Shown: piece after piece, positions 23,694-59,490 of the stretch
Layout: every line of letters begins with the position of its first letter
How positions within the stretch are numbered: the stretch's first letter is position 1
Source of the DNA: Podarcis cretensis
Lineage: Eukaryota
Direction: 5' to 3'
Length of the DNA: 64,000 nucleotides
NCBI GenBank assembly: GCA_951804945.1
Contig: OX638150.1
Coordinates: forward strand, 69,130,001-69,194,000
Notes under the pieces: generated by a model
The model's database searches: none
What the model was told of the DNA's origin: nothing
Seen by the model: only the letters and a program-made list of their open reading frames with translations
Made by a program: the position numbers and the translations under genes

Positions 23694-25888
23694 TATAAAA
23701 AATCTATACTATAAAAGTTATTCAGGGCATGTGCCTGGTTTGGTAACTTCATTAGACCTCTGACAAAGTGAGTTGTGGCCCATGAAAGCTTTTGTAACCA
23801 AAGACTATATTTGTACTGTGTTTTTCTTCCAAGGAACTCAGGGCGGGATTCACTATTCCCCCCACCCACCCACGTGTTACGCTTGCAACAACTCAGTGAG
23901 GTAGGTTAGGCTGAAATACAGCAGGTAACCAAGAGTCAGCCTGTGTGCTTTATAGCTGGCTGAAGAGGGGATTTGAACCTGATCACTGAAATCCTAGATC
24001 AATACGTGATTGCTGTTCTATGTCTTGGGTGCTATAGCATTCTTGTTTATGCTGCAACAGAATAACATAGCTATCCCTCTGGACTCCACAAAATTATTTG
24101 TTGTTGTTGTTTGTGGCATCATTAAGTGAATAATACTAACATTTTGTTTGGTGGGTGGTGGAGTCTTGGATACCAGCTTTTCATCAGAATGTGTATCCTG
24201 CTAACACATTTGTTTGTGCAGGTTTAGGAGATGGCAGCCTGCCAGTTTCCCTTCAATCCTGGAGAAATACATTTGTCCCCTAAGCAATCCTTCCCTCAGG
24301 TTAAAAAACTTGGCTAGCTGTTCATGTACCAGGAACCGTGTCTAAGTCACCTCTATTGAATTAAGTTTGCTGAGCAATCCCCCAAGGAATACTTTGCTTA
24401 CTCTAATTAACTTGCCAAGAAAATTAAACTAAGAGGGGAAGCCCTCTGGTCCTCGGGGAATGTTGTCTTTGTGAATTGTTTTTCCTTGCCCAATAAATCA
24501 AGTTTAAATTTTCCTCGAAGAAATCAGCTGAGGCAGGAGCTAAACTCTGAGCTCCAAGGGGAAGAACTCAGCTACTGTGTATGCATTCTGTATTAATCTT
24601 TCTCCTATTTATTCTTGGCAGTTAACCTGGAATGGGTTGTGCTGTCAATTTGGCTGTTGTCTTGACTGTAGCTCTCATCCTAAGGGAACACTCTTACCAG
24701 AGTTGTCATGTTTGGTTTTCGGTGCTCCTGTGGATTTTTCCTTGGAAAAGTTCATTCAAGCAACTGATACTTTGATGAAGGCAGGGGCAGACTTTGATAA
24801 TCTTTTGCAATATGGTGCCCTGTGCGAGGCCAAAATTTAGTGCCCCCAAATGAATTTTCTCAAACTTACACCCCCTTGGGCTCAATGCCTGTGGAGGGGA
24901 ACCATCCACACTGCCCTAAATCCAGTGCTGGTGAAGAGGAAGTTAAAATGTTAGATGATACAAGTGGTTTAGATATGGGCCCTTCTGTAAACATTAATAG
25001 CAGAAAGGAAACACTGTCCACTTATGGGACAAAGGACAAGCCTTTCTGAGCAATTCAAAGCTTATCATTTTAAGACATTGGTTCAGTGGAAGGTTAATCG
25101 CTTTTTTCCTACTGTTAGGCATCCCTAAAACTCCTGCCTTGGATGTCAGGCTAGACAAACTGAAGTGTGTTTCTCATTCCACAAACATGGCACTATAGTT
25201 GAATTTCGAAAAGCTTAGAAGCTTGAAAGCAGCATCTTCAAAGTGCCTTGCAATATCCTCATCTCGGCTACTATTGAGAAACAACTTACAATGGAGAATG
25301 CTCCTCGTTTGACCAGACTGATGTGCATGCTTATATGCATTTATTAAGCATGCAGCAAGTGTATGTCAATATTCTGACTAGGTAGTAGCTGACTGATGAA
25401 ATCCACTCTTTTTATATTGGGTGAGCTTCCTAACAGAAGCAGCTTCTGTTGGATGGGGCAGAGCAGATGTGCTAGCTTCCTGTCAGATAGGTCCTTGCTG
25501 CTCACCTGGAAGGAGGTGGTGAGGTAGTAGAGAGGTTGGCATGATGCAAATGCGCCAGCAGAAGCACTGAATTGGCTCCGCTAGTATGTCTGCACAATGC
25601 AGCTCTGCAATTTCTCCCCTTTCCCTCTTGTGATCAACAGTGATCTGCTGGGAAGCTAGTTTACCAAGCAAGCCAATTCTGTTCCCTAATGCACAAAGCT
25701 GGCAAAAGGAGAAAAATTGTAGTGTGTTCAGGTTTGCAAGCAACCAGTTTTCCCTGTACGAAAATATCCCTAGCAACGGATCACAAGTGATTTATTCTGG
25801 AGGCTCTTGAAGCAATCTAATCAAGAGCTGCCAGAACTAGAACTGGAAATGCATGGATCTTTCTGTTAGAGATGCAATAAGTAACATG

Positions 25889-26273
25889 CAGGTGGCGCAG
25901 GGACGCAGGTGGCGCAGGGACGCAGGTGGCGCTGTGGGTTAAAGCCTCAGCGCCTAGGACTTGCCGATCGAAAGGTCGGCGGTTCGAATCCCTGCGGCGG
26001 GGTGCGCTCCCGCTGCTCGGTCCCAGCGCCTGCCAACCTAGCAGTTCGAAAGCACCTCCGGGTGCAAGTAGATAAATAGGGACCGCTTACCAGCGGGAAG
26101 GTAAACGGCGTTTCCGTGTGCGGCTCTGGCTTGCCAGAGCAGCGATGTCACGCTGGCCACGTGACCCGGAAGTGTCTCCGGACAGCGCTGGCCCCTGGCT
26201 TCTTAAGTGAGATGGGCGCACAACCCCAGAGTCTGTCAAGACTGGCCCATACGGGCAGGGGTACCTTTACCTT
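25889..26273 (+). mobile_element. Sauria SINE with tandemly repeated 5' head
   Basis: 11-bp TSD TAAGTAACATG (25878-25888 / 26274-26284); B box GGTTCGAATCC; ACCTTT tail. Confidence 0.92.
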
Positions 26274-29200
26274 TAAGTAACATGATGGGACTCTTCAGTT
26301 CTGGGACTGAGTCAAGCAGGAACATATAGAACAGCTTTTATTTTTTACTTACTTTCTTCCTCATCTCAGCATTGTCTGCAACATTATGACAATAACAGTG
26401 AGTAAAAGATTAGGCTCTGCCCAATCAATGTGTGGAGAGAAATTACAGAGTCTGAATATCCGCGTATGGGTTGCTAAATACTTTGAGTTCTTATCTGTGC
26501 TGCACAACATATGTGACAGCAGATTACAGCTAATGAAAATGTGGCCCCATAATCATAGGAGATACTGTATGTGGGCCCTACAAGGTCTCCCCTGTTTGAT
26601 ACAATCTTGGAATTTTGATGGGGATGTGTGTGTTGGGCATACTATTCTCCATGACATTCCTCCATTTAAAATATGTAGTTCAGTGCAGTCTTCTGTATAT
26701 AAATTTCACCTAGTCCTTAGAGCAGTGGTTCTCAAACTCCCCCGCCCAAACCATTTGCAAATTGCTGGGCATCTTGGCTTAATGATTTTTCTACCTCTTT
26801 TAGCATTTTTAATTTGCCGTGCTAGACACTGTATGGTTTTCAATTTTATTTTTACTGCTGATTTTATTACTTAGATATTGTATTGCAATTACAATAAAAT
26901 AAAATAAAATACAATTGAAGAAATAAAAGCAATACAAATACAACTAAAAACCATACAGTGGTTTTTTTCCTTGTAGGGTGCCTCAGAGAAAGGAATTGTA
27001 CACTCAGGATTAGCTTTCACCATGGAATGTTCAGCCAAGGTAGGTGTCTATTCACTCAATATTTTTCTCTTTTCACTATTTTCACAGGACAAGCCATCAC
27101 TATCCTACAGATACCTCTCTAATATCCTTCTCTATGCTTCTATAACATTCATTATAATATCATCAGAATAGTGCTCATTGGCATGAATTCCTTGTAACCC
27201 ACCATTTTCTAAGTTTTGGCTTAGGACAAGAGTACTGGGACATGCTAATTTCTATTTATGTTTTATCTTCTAGCAAATCATGGGTGCAGCCACAAGGTGT
27301 AACCTAGACTTGGACCAAAGAACTGTTGCCTGTTATTGCGCCATTGAAAAAGTCTTTAAGGTTTACAGTGAGTCAAGTTTCACTTCTTGAGACTACCGTC
27401 CTATTGACCTTCTGTCTGTTGCCTGAAGAGGAAAAAGTGTGTGTTACCTGTGAGAGTTAGAACATCACAGTGAGTGAGGAGACCTGAGGTGTCGCTGTGA
27501 ATTTCTGGAAGCTTTCCCTTCTGTTGACATCTTACTCCTCCCTTTCCTGTTCCCAATTTCCTTGATATTTATTTGGAGAGCTGTTCTTTTTTAGACCTGT
27601 AGATGGTGCCAGCCGTTTGGAGAAGCTGTTGATTTACTGAATTATACACTGTAACTGTTCAAATTAACCATCTGTTAGAGTTTAATGTCTTTCTTAGCCT
27701 TTTATTTCATGTGGCTTTCCTTTACCACACGCTTGGAATGCCCTGATCTCCTCGTTTCAGGGTTATGTCCATATTGTAGCTAGCTCAATATTTGGTCCTA
27801 AACCTTTAATTGCTCCTTGGACTGTGGTAATGGCGCTTTTCCGTCTGTTCAGTTGCCTCTCCTGCAGATGAGAACCATCTTTGCAAGTGAATCTACTTTA
27901 TTTCTTCCTGCCATAAAGGAGAGATCCTGAGTTTGTGCACATATTTTATTGCAGGCTTGTCCTAGCAAGCATTATCTGCACTATACTCCCCATATACATA
28001 CTCTATTTAAATGCCACAATAGAAAATCCACACTAATGTTTTCTGTTCTCTCTTGTGTTGCACCCTAGTTGTGGTGTACCCTTCATTTGCATTCCTAGTA
28101 CCTGAATCTCTTTTTTCCACAGCTATACTAAAGGCTTGCTGTTGCCTGAGTCACAGCATTTTCTCAGAATATGTTAGTAAATCTCCACATACTCTTGCTT
28201 GATACAAGATACTAAGCCTACCTTCCTGTTGTCAGAATCTCAGTTAGAACAATCAAGTTACTGTTCCTCACCCACTTCCAGCAGAGCTCCAGAATCAGTC
28301 ACACCTTTGGTTTTAGCCTATGTCCATCCTGATAGCTGGCCAGAGGACATCTTACTGCATTTTTTGTCTTAACAACATTTGAAGGGTTGGAGAGCTCTTG
28401 GTACAGGTTGTATGTATTGGTGCCCAAAGCTCTGGATAAGAAAAGAAGACCTTAGCCTTGGCTCTATGAGCATCAGTATACTTGTGTGGCTGTGGGGTCT
28501 TTAATGGCATATTCTTTACTGGTGAGGCTGCTTGCTCAAAAGGATTGAATTTGTTGCAAGTATGCTTGCAAGGCTGGGTGAATAGGTGCCAATGAAGTGT
28601 TTGTCCAGAAACAACATCACACATGTGTAGTCCAGTCAGCCTGCTGAAGTTACTATTGTTTGTACAATGATATCCAGTCAGTTTGCCTGTTGGCTGAAGC
28701 TGTTTCTCATATTGCAGTAGGCTTAGGACACAGCAAAAGCCAGAGGCAGCTATGGCACCCCGTAACTGTGATTCAGGGAGGATGAATGACAAGAAAGAGG
28801 AACCTCTGCTTCATGACAGACCTGCTGCTCCTAGACAATGGGGATTGGACGTTTGGAAAAGATTCACATTGTAACTGTGATATATTGTCTTTTGGTTTAC
28901 CAGTGATGTGAAGATTATTGGCCCTATGGAACAGTTCAGCCTTTAAAACCTACTCTGAAAGATTGTCGTCCCAGTATTGCTTTTCTAACAAATTTATTGG
29001 CTGGAATTTTAACTCACTACTTGCTAATTACTTATGGTGTTTCTATTCATCCATGTTGTTGGTTCAAGTTTAACTTTGTTTCATACTGGATGGGCACTTC
29101 TCATCATCACAGTTGTAAATGGTGGCTGATAGGAATGCCAAATATGTCATAGGTAATGTCAAATTTGGGCCGTATCGCTTTGAGCTTTACTGTGCTGGAC

Positions 29201-32200
29201 AGCTCCTCCTCTCTCCCAGCTGGCACGTAGTTTTTCTGTACATTGTCACCTGCAGTTATCCAGCTTCAGCCTTACACACTGGATTGAAGAGCTGTTGTTT
29301 GGAGCAGATTAGCAATATCATATGCTCACTAGAGAGCGGGGGAGGTTATTTTTGAACCATGGAGCTAGTCTTGTGAATGTTTTAGCATCTATGTTATGAT
29401 TGCAGATTAGCATGATTTGGACAGGCTTGATTTTTCCCCCATATGGACTTAGGTTGGACTGGGCTGTGATTGGATGTATTGAATAATTCTGAAAACACTG
29501 GGATGCCCATAAAAAAATCCATTGTGAGATAACTACAAGAATTCACTTCACTGTGGAGGAAAATGTTTGCATATGAATCCTTACTTCTGTACATCTATCC
29601 TCAGTTCTTTATTGCACCCTTTCCAATACATCTGCAATCTCTTTGGAACGTGAACATAAGATTGAGTGGCTAGTGGAGACCTTAGTATCAGTTTACTTCA
29701 TGATTTTACTGAAATGAAGCATTCTGTGCTAATCTGAATTTCAGCAGATTTGGCTGGCTGATCACAAGCCTTGTCACGTTTTAGCGGCTTGGGGCCTATT
29801 TAATTGGTAGCAGGTGTGCCAGGTTCTGCTGCTTGCTGAAAAGGTTTGCGCTTGTCTGCTGCGTTTCTTATGGTAAAGCTGGAGGAAGGATCCTTTCCAG
29901 TAGATTCAGTGAATACATCACTGGAAAACAACCAGTGCTTCTGGTGACATGCACCCTCCATACTACTTGGAGTGTTGGGAAGAAGTGTTGTTTGCTGTCG
30001 CCCTGAGCTTAACTGCTCAGTCATGCTGCAGAAATCACCCCAGAAAGACATTGCAGTCAGCATGGCAAATGGCTTAGTTCAGGAGGAGGCACTGTTGACT
30101 GCCTCACTGCTGCTGGTTTGTGTGCTGGGAATGCACCACACTGGCTGATAAGAAGTTTTTGGCTAATGTGCCAGAACTGGAATCTGAATCCAGAGGTGTT
30201 CCTTGCATGATTTGCACCAAGAACAGCTTTCATGAACTGGAGTCTCTTCATCTTGCTTAGGAACAATACTTTCTAGGATTATTCTCAGCTACCAGGCAGC
30301 TGTATTAATCGTTTTGGATATTGATATGCATAGTGATGTGATATTTATTTATACAGCAGCATCAGTAGTAGGATGCTTTAAGAGTAATGATCACAAGAGA
30401 CCTGGAAATAATATTCCAAGAAATGAATGTATAGAATTTCCATTGTTTGAAGTCTTCAAATGAAATATGAATCAATCTATTAATCTTAGGGATGTTTGCA
30501 AACCATCACTTTATTCACCTAGTCCCTGTAAAAACATTGGTTAGCTCTTTATGGATGTTTGCATTCTCTCTAATATAGTTCCTTGTTCAAACACCTTCAC
30601 ATTGGCCTTAAAAATCCAGAATTGCTTTTTGAGATGGACTCTGCATATAACCATACAGTGTGCCTTCTTTCCAGCCAAAAGCTTAGTAGGAAAGCAGACT
30701 TGGTAGACTCAACCCTCTTCCCACAATAAACTAATACTGGCTCCATTAGTTCAGACTTTCCTCCTTTGCTTGTGACCTTGCTTTGCAATCTGGGCAGCTT
30801 GGCTCTGGTTGCTCTCCAACAGGGATTGCTTTTCTACTAATAGAAGCAAAGTATCAGGCCACTTTCAGTCTGATAGATCAGGCTGTTGTTGCAGATGTCA
30901 AATTAGTTAATGCCACTTGAACCTAAACTTCCTTTGGGCTGAAGAAGAAAGCAAACCCTTTCTTCCCTCCAAGTAGACTTCCTTCTAGCAGTGTCCCATC
31001 CCAGTTGCCTGTAGAATGGAAAAGGGGAAGCCGCTAGTGTCAGAATAGGCAAGATATGAGGTAGCTTCTCGGCTGCGCATTATGTGTATCTGAATTTCTG
31101 CAATTCTGTGTGCTGGCCGTTCAGTGCACAGGGAACCAGACTTATATGTAAGTTTGTGCATTCTGTAAAAGTTCTTAATAACTATGGATTTTCACTCTGC
31201 TTGAAGTCATCTATTGGCATGCTAGCAGTGTGCAGTATTAACATGTATTTGTATCTTAGAGCAATTTACAAATATACTCTATCAAGGCCACAAACTTACT
31301 GCCCGTTAGTTGAGAACTCTGCTAATGCTCTTCCTCCTTTTGTGGTACAATGAAATTGTACAGGTACTCTTCTCCGCTGCTTTTTATCCAAGGGTGTTTT
31401 TTCTGAACACCTATAGGGCTCAGAAAAAAAAAAACCAGATCGCGTAAATGGACTTGGAGTGGGAGCAGACAAGAAGGTATTACCTCTGTAGCAATGTATC
31501 TGGCAGTGACTGTAACATTTTGTTAACATGCTCATTTATGGCACTACTTGCAGTGTGCATTTTTTGCTGAATGGCTGTAAGCTTGTCTAGACACTGTGCT
31601 TGTTACAAGGATTGGCATTCCCACAGCAACTTTCCCACTCTTATCGTTTAAATTAGAACTCACAGCATGAGTCACCACCCTTCACATTGTGAGTTTTCCT
31701 ACCCTGTGATCTACATCAATGGCCTTCACTGTGGGCGCCAATTTTTTCCAATTCTCAGAATGTAGTATTTTTGCTTCATTCCTCTTCCCATACTACATAT
31801 TATGACCATTGTTAGCAAATCACTAATAAATGGAAAAATATACCGTAGGTATTATCAGCACAGATACTGAATGAATAAAGGAAATTATATTTCTGGTCTC
31901 TTAGGAGTATTTTATTCAGTGTTTTATCTGATGGTCTTAGAGAAAGACATTAGGTTAGGGGTTGAGTTATGCAGATAAACTGACTTCATTTGAAAAAATG
32001 CATAAAATGCAGTAGTTCTAAGTGTGAAATTACGCATTTGGAAATGTTTACTGGGGACATCACACAGGTAGCTTGATATTAAATTTCTTTTATGTATGCA
32101 TGTGTGCCACCACTATGACCGTGGTGTATGTGCATCAGACAAATTTGTGGGTGCTTTACTGAAAACCACAGTTAATAGCTGTGAACTGTTACACAGCACA

Positions 32201-33204
32201 TTAAGCCAATAATCAACATAGCATGTACTAAGTAAAGCCAGGCCTCATTAGCCGACTTGAGTGTTTGAAAGCTCTGAAAAAATGTGGACTGCTATATGTG
32301 CAGGCACTGGTAAAATCAAAATAAGAGGTTGGAACATGGGCCATGGTGGAAGAGACTTAGACATGTTTATCCAGAAGACCTTTGTGTGTTTTATTTAAAA
32401 GGATTTTAATATATATGGCTAGAGATTTGTGCAATCTCTAATAGACCAAAACAATGCAAAAATTGTCTGCCTCCAGAAGCCTTTTCTAACATTTATTGTA
32501 GCAATGATACCAGTGTTGGCTGGGCAGCTTAGCAGAGATTAACCATCACGGAAGAGAGCCCATACTTGAAAAGGATGCATCCAACAAAACTGTGTTATAT
32601 TAAACATCTTTCAATTTTCAGAAGCACAGAATTTATTCCCTCTGTTGCAGCTTGCCTGAACAACAGCTTTTGAGTGGGCATTTCACTTTTCCCAAATGTA
32701 CAGAGAGGTACATTGAATACCTTACTCAGCAAGAGTTGTACATCCTGTCTTCCCTCATCTGCTACATGGACAGCACTGCACTTGAACATGTAGTAATTAG
32801 TGCCTGAAACACTCTCAGCAGCTGCCTTAGTGTTAGGTTCACTAGATGTAAAGATTGAAAAGGTTCCTGTATCTTTTTAAGTACTGATGTGTAAGAGACC
32901 AAATTTTGGCAGGTGCAGCTTAACCTAAGCGCCTTGCAGGTGCAGGGCCTGAGGCAAATCACACTGTGTAGGCTCCCCTTCTGCTTTCATTTCCCAGTAT
33001 CTCTGACACTCCTTCTCTTCATGGTGATGGTGCAGTGACCTCTCCAGATGAACATTTTGCTGCTGCTGAAGCGGTGGCTGTGCCAGCGAGTTAGTCTTCT
33101 TCCACCTCCTACCTCCCAGTGTTGCTGTTGGGAGGTGGCAGTCCTGGTCTAGGCAGGAGAACTGCTGGCACCAGGCCTGGGGAGGTTGTCCTGGCCTTGA
33201 GACA

Positions 33205-34210
33205 GCTCTGCCTGGTCCATCAGACTAAAGGTTTATCTATCCAGCATCCTGCAACCTTCAGTGGACAAGTAGACCCCTTGTGGGAACCTACAAGCAGTAC
33301 ACAAAGGCAATAACCCTCTCCCATAGCGGGTGGCGCTGTGGGTTAAACCACAGAGCCTAGGGCTTGCTGATCAGAAGGTCACGGTTTGAATCCCCGCGAC
33401 GGGGTGAGCTCCTGTTGTTTGGTCCCTGCTCCTGCCAACCTAGCAGTTCAAAAGCACGTCAAAGTGCAAGTAGGAAGTACAGCGGGAAGGTAAACGGTGT
33501 TTCCATGCGCTGCTCTGGTTTGCCAGAAGCAGCTTAGTCATGCTGGCCACATGACCCAGAAGCTGTATGCCGGCTCCCTCGGCCAGTAAAGCGAGATGAG
33601 CACCGCAACCCCAGAGTCGTCTGTGACTAGACCTAATGGTCAGGGGTCCCGTAACCTTTTTATAGTTATTCCGTAACAACTGCTAATTCAAAGGCGTACA
33701 CTTTCTGCAACTGGAGGTAGCATATAGTGACCATGGCTTATAGCCATTGATAAGACTTGTCCTCCACAAATTCCCATTTAAAGCTATAATGCTAGTAGCA
33801 ATCTCATCCTGTAGTAGCATATTTCATAAATTAACTATGCACTGTGTGAAGAAGCACATCCTTTTCCCATCCTAAAACTTTGTTGGGTGATCCTGGGTTC
33901 TAATGTTAGGAGAGGGAGAAAGTTTTGCCCATTTTCTCCAAACTTTGCATAATTTGATAAATCAACATTTATCTCCCCTTACTTGCTTTTTTAAAAATAA
34001 AAAACCCTCCAAGCTCCAAATGTAGCCTTTCCTTATAGGAGTTCCAGCCCCAGTTATTTCTGTTATGCTTTTCTGCCTGTTTTCTCACTTCACAATATCT
34101 TTTTTTGAAATGTGTTGGCCTAAACCGTACACAGTTTTCTAAGGGTGGCCACATCATGGATATCTATAAAAGCCTTTATAATACTATCAGTTTTATTTTT
34201 GATCTCTTTC
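33205..34210 (-). mobile_element. CR1 LINE 3' fragment, decayed, interrupted by a Sauria SINE
   Basis: Minus ORF remnant WPPLENCVRFRPTHFKK...SYKERL resembles CR1 RPHLEYCVQFW..HFKK...YEERL; reverse CR1 3' UTR. Confidence 0.7.
33326..33660 (+). mobile_element. Sauria SINE
   Basis: GCGGGTGGCGCTGTGGGTTAAACCACAGAGCC...CAGGGGTCCC, aligns with the 15619-15975 copy. Confidence 0.92.
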
Positions 34211-34511
34211 CAAGGTTGTATTTGCTGAAATGCCTGTTTCATTTTAAATATTAAAAGGAACCTTGTTGTCCTTTGCATCTGGGTACCTATACTTGAGCCT
34301 CCACTGGTGTTGAATCTGTTTTTACTTTTCCTTGCTAGAAGCGATGCCTCTCCCTACTCCTAGGATATATTCATTGCACTGTTTCAGAGTGGCTACAGGA
34401 GACCTGGTCTATAAAAGCCATCCCTGGTTGCAGCACACAGCAAGGCAGCTGCTTTCCTCTTGACTTGTGAACAATGTGGAGGCAGACAAGAAGGTACAGA
34501 CAAGAGTTGGC

Positions 34512-34517
34512 TTTATT
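34512..34517 (-). terminator. SNCB: Polyadenylation signal AATAAA of SNCB (3' UTR ~34490-35250)
   Basis: First minus-strand AATAAA seen after the stop codon, followed by U/GU-rich sequence. Confidence 0.7.
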
Positions 34518-35250
34518 CATGGACACAGGGGCAGCTGTGTCACTGGCAGTTGCCCCAGGATTGCACACACAGCGACAGTGGGAGGTATATATCCATGCCA
34601 CAGTCACAACACAGAGCGCTGGGGGCAGGAGAGGGAGGGTATTCCTTTTGTTTGGGATACACAGACACAACTTCTGAACCGTCAAAATCAGGGAGTCTCT
34701 GTTACAAGGCCAGGGGCGGGGGCTCAGGAAAGGGACAGATCACAAAGGCGTAAACAATCCATTCAGAGATATAAAAAAAAGTTCCACCAATGGTAATGAA
34801 GCGGAGTTGGCGTGATTCACGTGCAAGCAAATGTACAGCAGGCCCAATGCAGGGTCCTGGCCGAGGTGATGGAATGCTCTGCTTAAAAACGGAGGAGATA
34901 CAACATGCTTCTTACTGACACAAGGAAGCCTGGCCTTACTGCGCTGGGAGGGAGACAGGGCAGTAAGGCTGGGCTCGCAAATGTGCGCGCACACAAACCG
35001 CTGCAGCCAGGGTTTGCCTTCAGAATTCTTCTCTTAATGCTAAAGACCACGATACATAAAACACAGATCCCGATGAGGTCCCTTGGAGCAGAACTGGAGG
35101 AAGAACTCATGACAGGATGGGGTGTTGGGGCTCCTCTCCATCGCCATCTGCATCAAGGCCTTCCTTTGGAGAGGTGGAGGAGGGATGGGAGGGGGAGGGT
35201 CATTATTGTTATTGTGCTGCTGGTGGAAGTGTCGGGAACAGGGGTAGCCA

Positions 35251-58315
<23,065 letters not shown>

Positions 58316-59224
58316 CTAGGCTGGAGCCACAGCGTTCCCAACAGCAAAGCATGAGGGCTGCTCCCTAACTCAACAGCCTCAGGCTGTATCTTACTGCAGC
58401 CACAACATCTTAGCTTGCTGTTGAAACAGGCGGGAGATTTCCACTGCCCAGCGGGCTCTCCCAAGGTGGAAGGCTGGGGGAGCAGGTGCAGAGCCCAGCT
58501 CGGTGCCATCGCAAAAGCAACCTTCTGCCCCAGATTCAACAAGTCTGCTGACAGCTGTTAGTGCTGCAAAGGCCGCCGTCACCCTCCATCCTCCTCCTAG
58601 GCTGCTGCCATGACCATCCCCATCCTCCCGGCCTACCTCGCCTGTTCTAATGGCTGCAGCTGCTCCCTTCCTGGGCATTTTAACGCGGGGGTGGAAAGCG
58701 CCGCTCCTCTTCAGCCCCGTTCCTCAAAAGCATCCGCTCCCGCATCCCCCGAGAGACAGGAAGAGGGAAGAGAGGCTGGGATTTAGCCAGGATTAAAGCC
58801 GTCAAAACAGGGATGACTCCGTGTCCTTGAAACCGGGGAGGGGAAGGGGAGGGTGAGGACAGGAGACGCTGCTGCGCTCTCCTTTTCTGCCAATTATTTG
58901 GGGTGGGGATTTTCTGGGGTGTGGTGTTCCTATCCAGGAATATAAGCCATCTCTTTTCTCCATCAGTATTCCAATTCCCGTGGGGGGGGGGGGGAACCAC
59001 GCTTGCGGAGATGGTGTGTGGGTAGATATCCCACCCCCCTCCCGAAAAGAGAGATAGCGGCACCGTCGCCCTGCGCACTGATGGAGGGGGGAATTCACCT
59101 CCTGGCCAAACCTTATGCCACCGCCCGCCGCCCCCAATCCGATCTCCCGAGGATGCCTCCGATCCCGCGCTCTCCAAAGGGGCGAGCGAGTCGAGGGAGA
59201 GGAGCGCGCCCAGGCGCTGCTCAC

Positions 59225-59439
59225 CTGCGATCGGCGATAGCGCTGGACTCGGGTGCGTCTCCGCTGAGGGGGTTCAGATCATTCCGGGCCAGAGCGAGCG
59301 AGCCGGCTGGGCAGGGTCAGTGGAGCAGGCGGCGAGGTGCAGCGGGGCAGTCAGGGCAGCTCTGCCATGGAGCAGCTCAGCGGGGAGGAGGAGGAGGTGG
59401 TGGAGAAGAGGAGAGCCGAGGAGACGCCGGCGCCTTCGC

Positions 59440-59475
<36 letters not shown>

Positions 59476-59490
59476 GCTGCCGCTGAATAT
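59225..59490 (-). other. SNCB: Probable non-coding exon 1 of SNCB (TSS approximate)
   Basis: Strong donor CAG|GTGAGC at 59225/59224 in the CpG island; synuclein genes have an untranslated first exon. Confidence 0.65.
59441..59485 (-). repeat. (CAG)11 tract preceded by CAG-CGG-CAG-CGG
   Basis: Plus strand (CTG)11 CCG CTG CCG CTG. Confidence 0.97.

Noticed and set aside
26977-27039. MECSAK resembling the Rho-GTPase G5 motif
   Set aside because: No G1-G4 motif exons found; a six-residue match is insufficient.
28352-28792. 146-aa minus-strand ORF and other 60-170 aa ORFs in the track
   Set aside because: Non-ATG or poor starts, no recognisable homology, many antisense to repeats or UTRs.
32757-32777. 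REST/NRSF RE1 site (also partial matches near 48080 and 58185)
   Set aside because: Only one half-site matches in each case.
1-34000. GPRIN1 or CDHR2 coding sequence expected by synteny
   Set aside because: No long single-exon ORF, GRIN C-terminal motif or cadherin repeats seen; likely outside the window.
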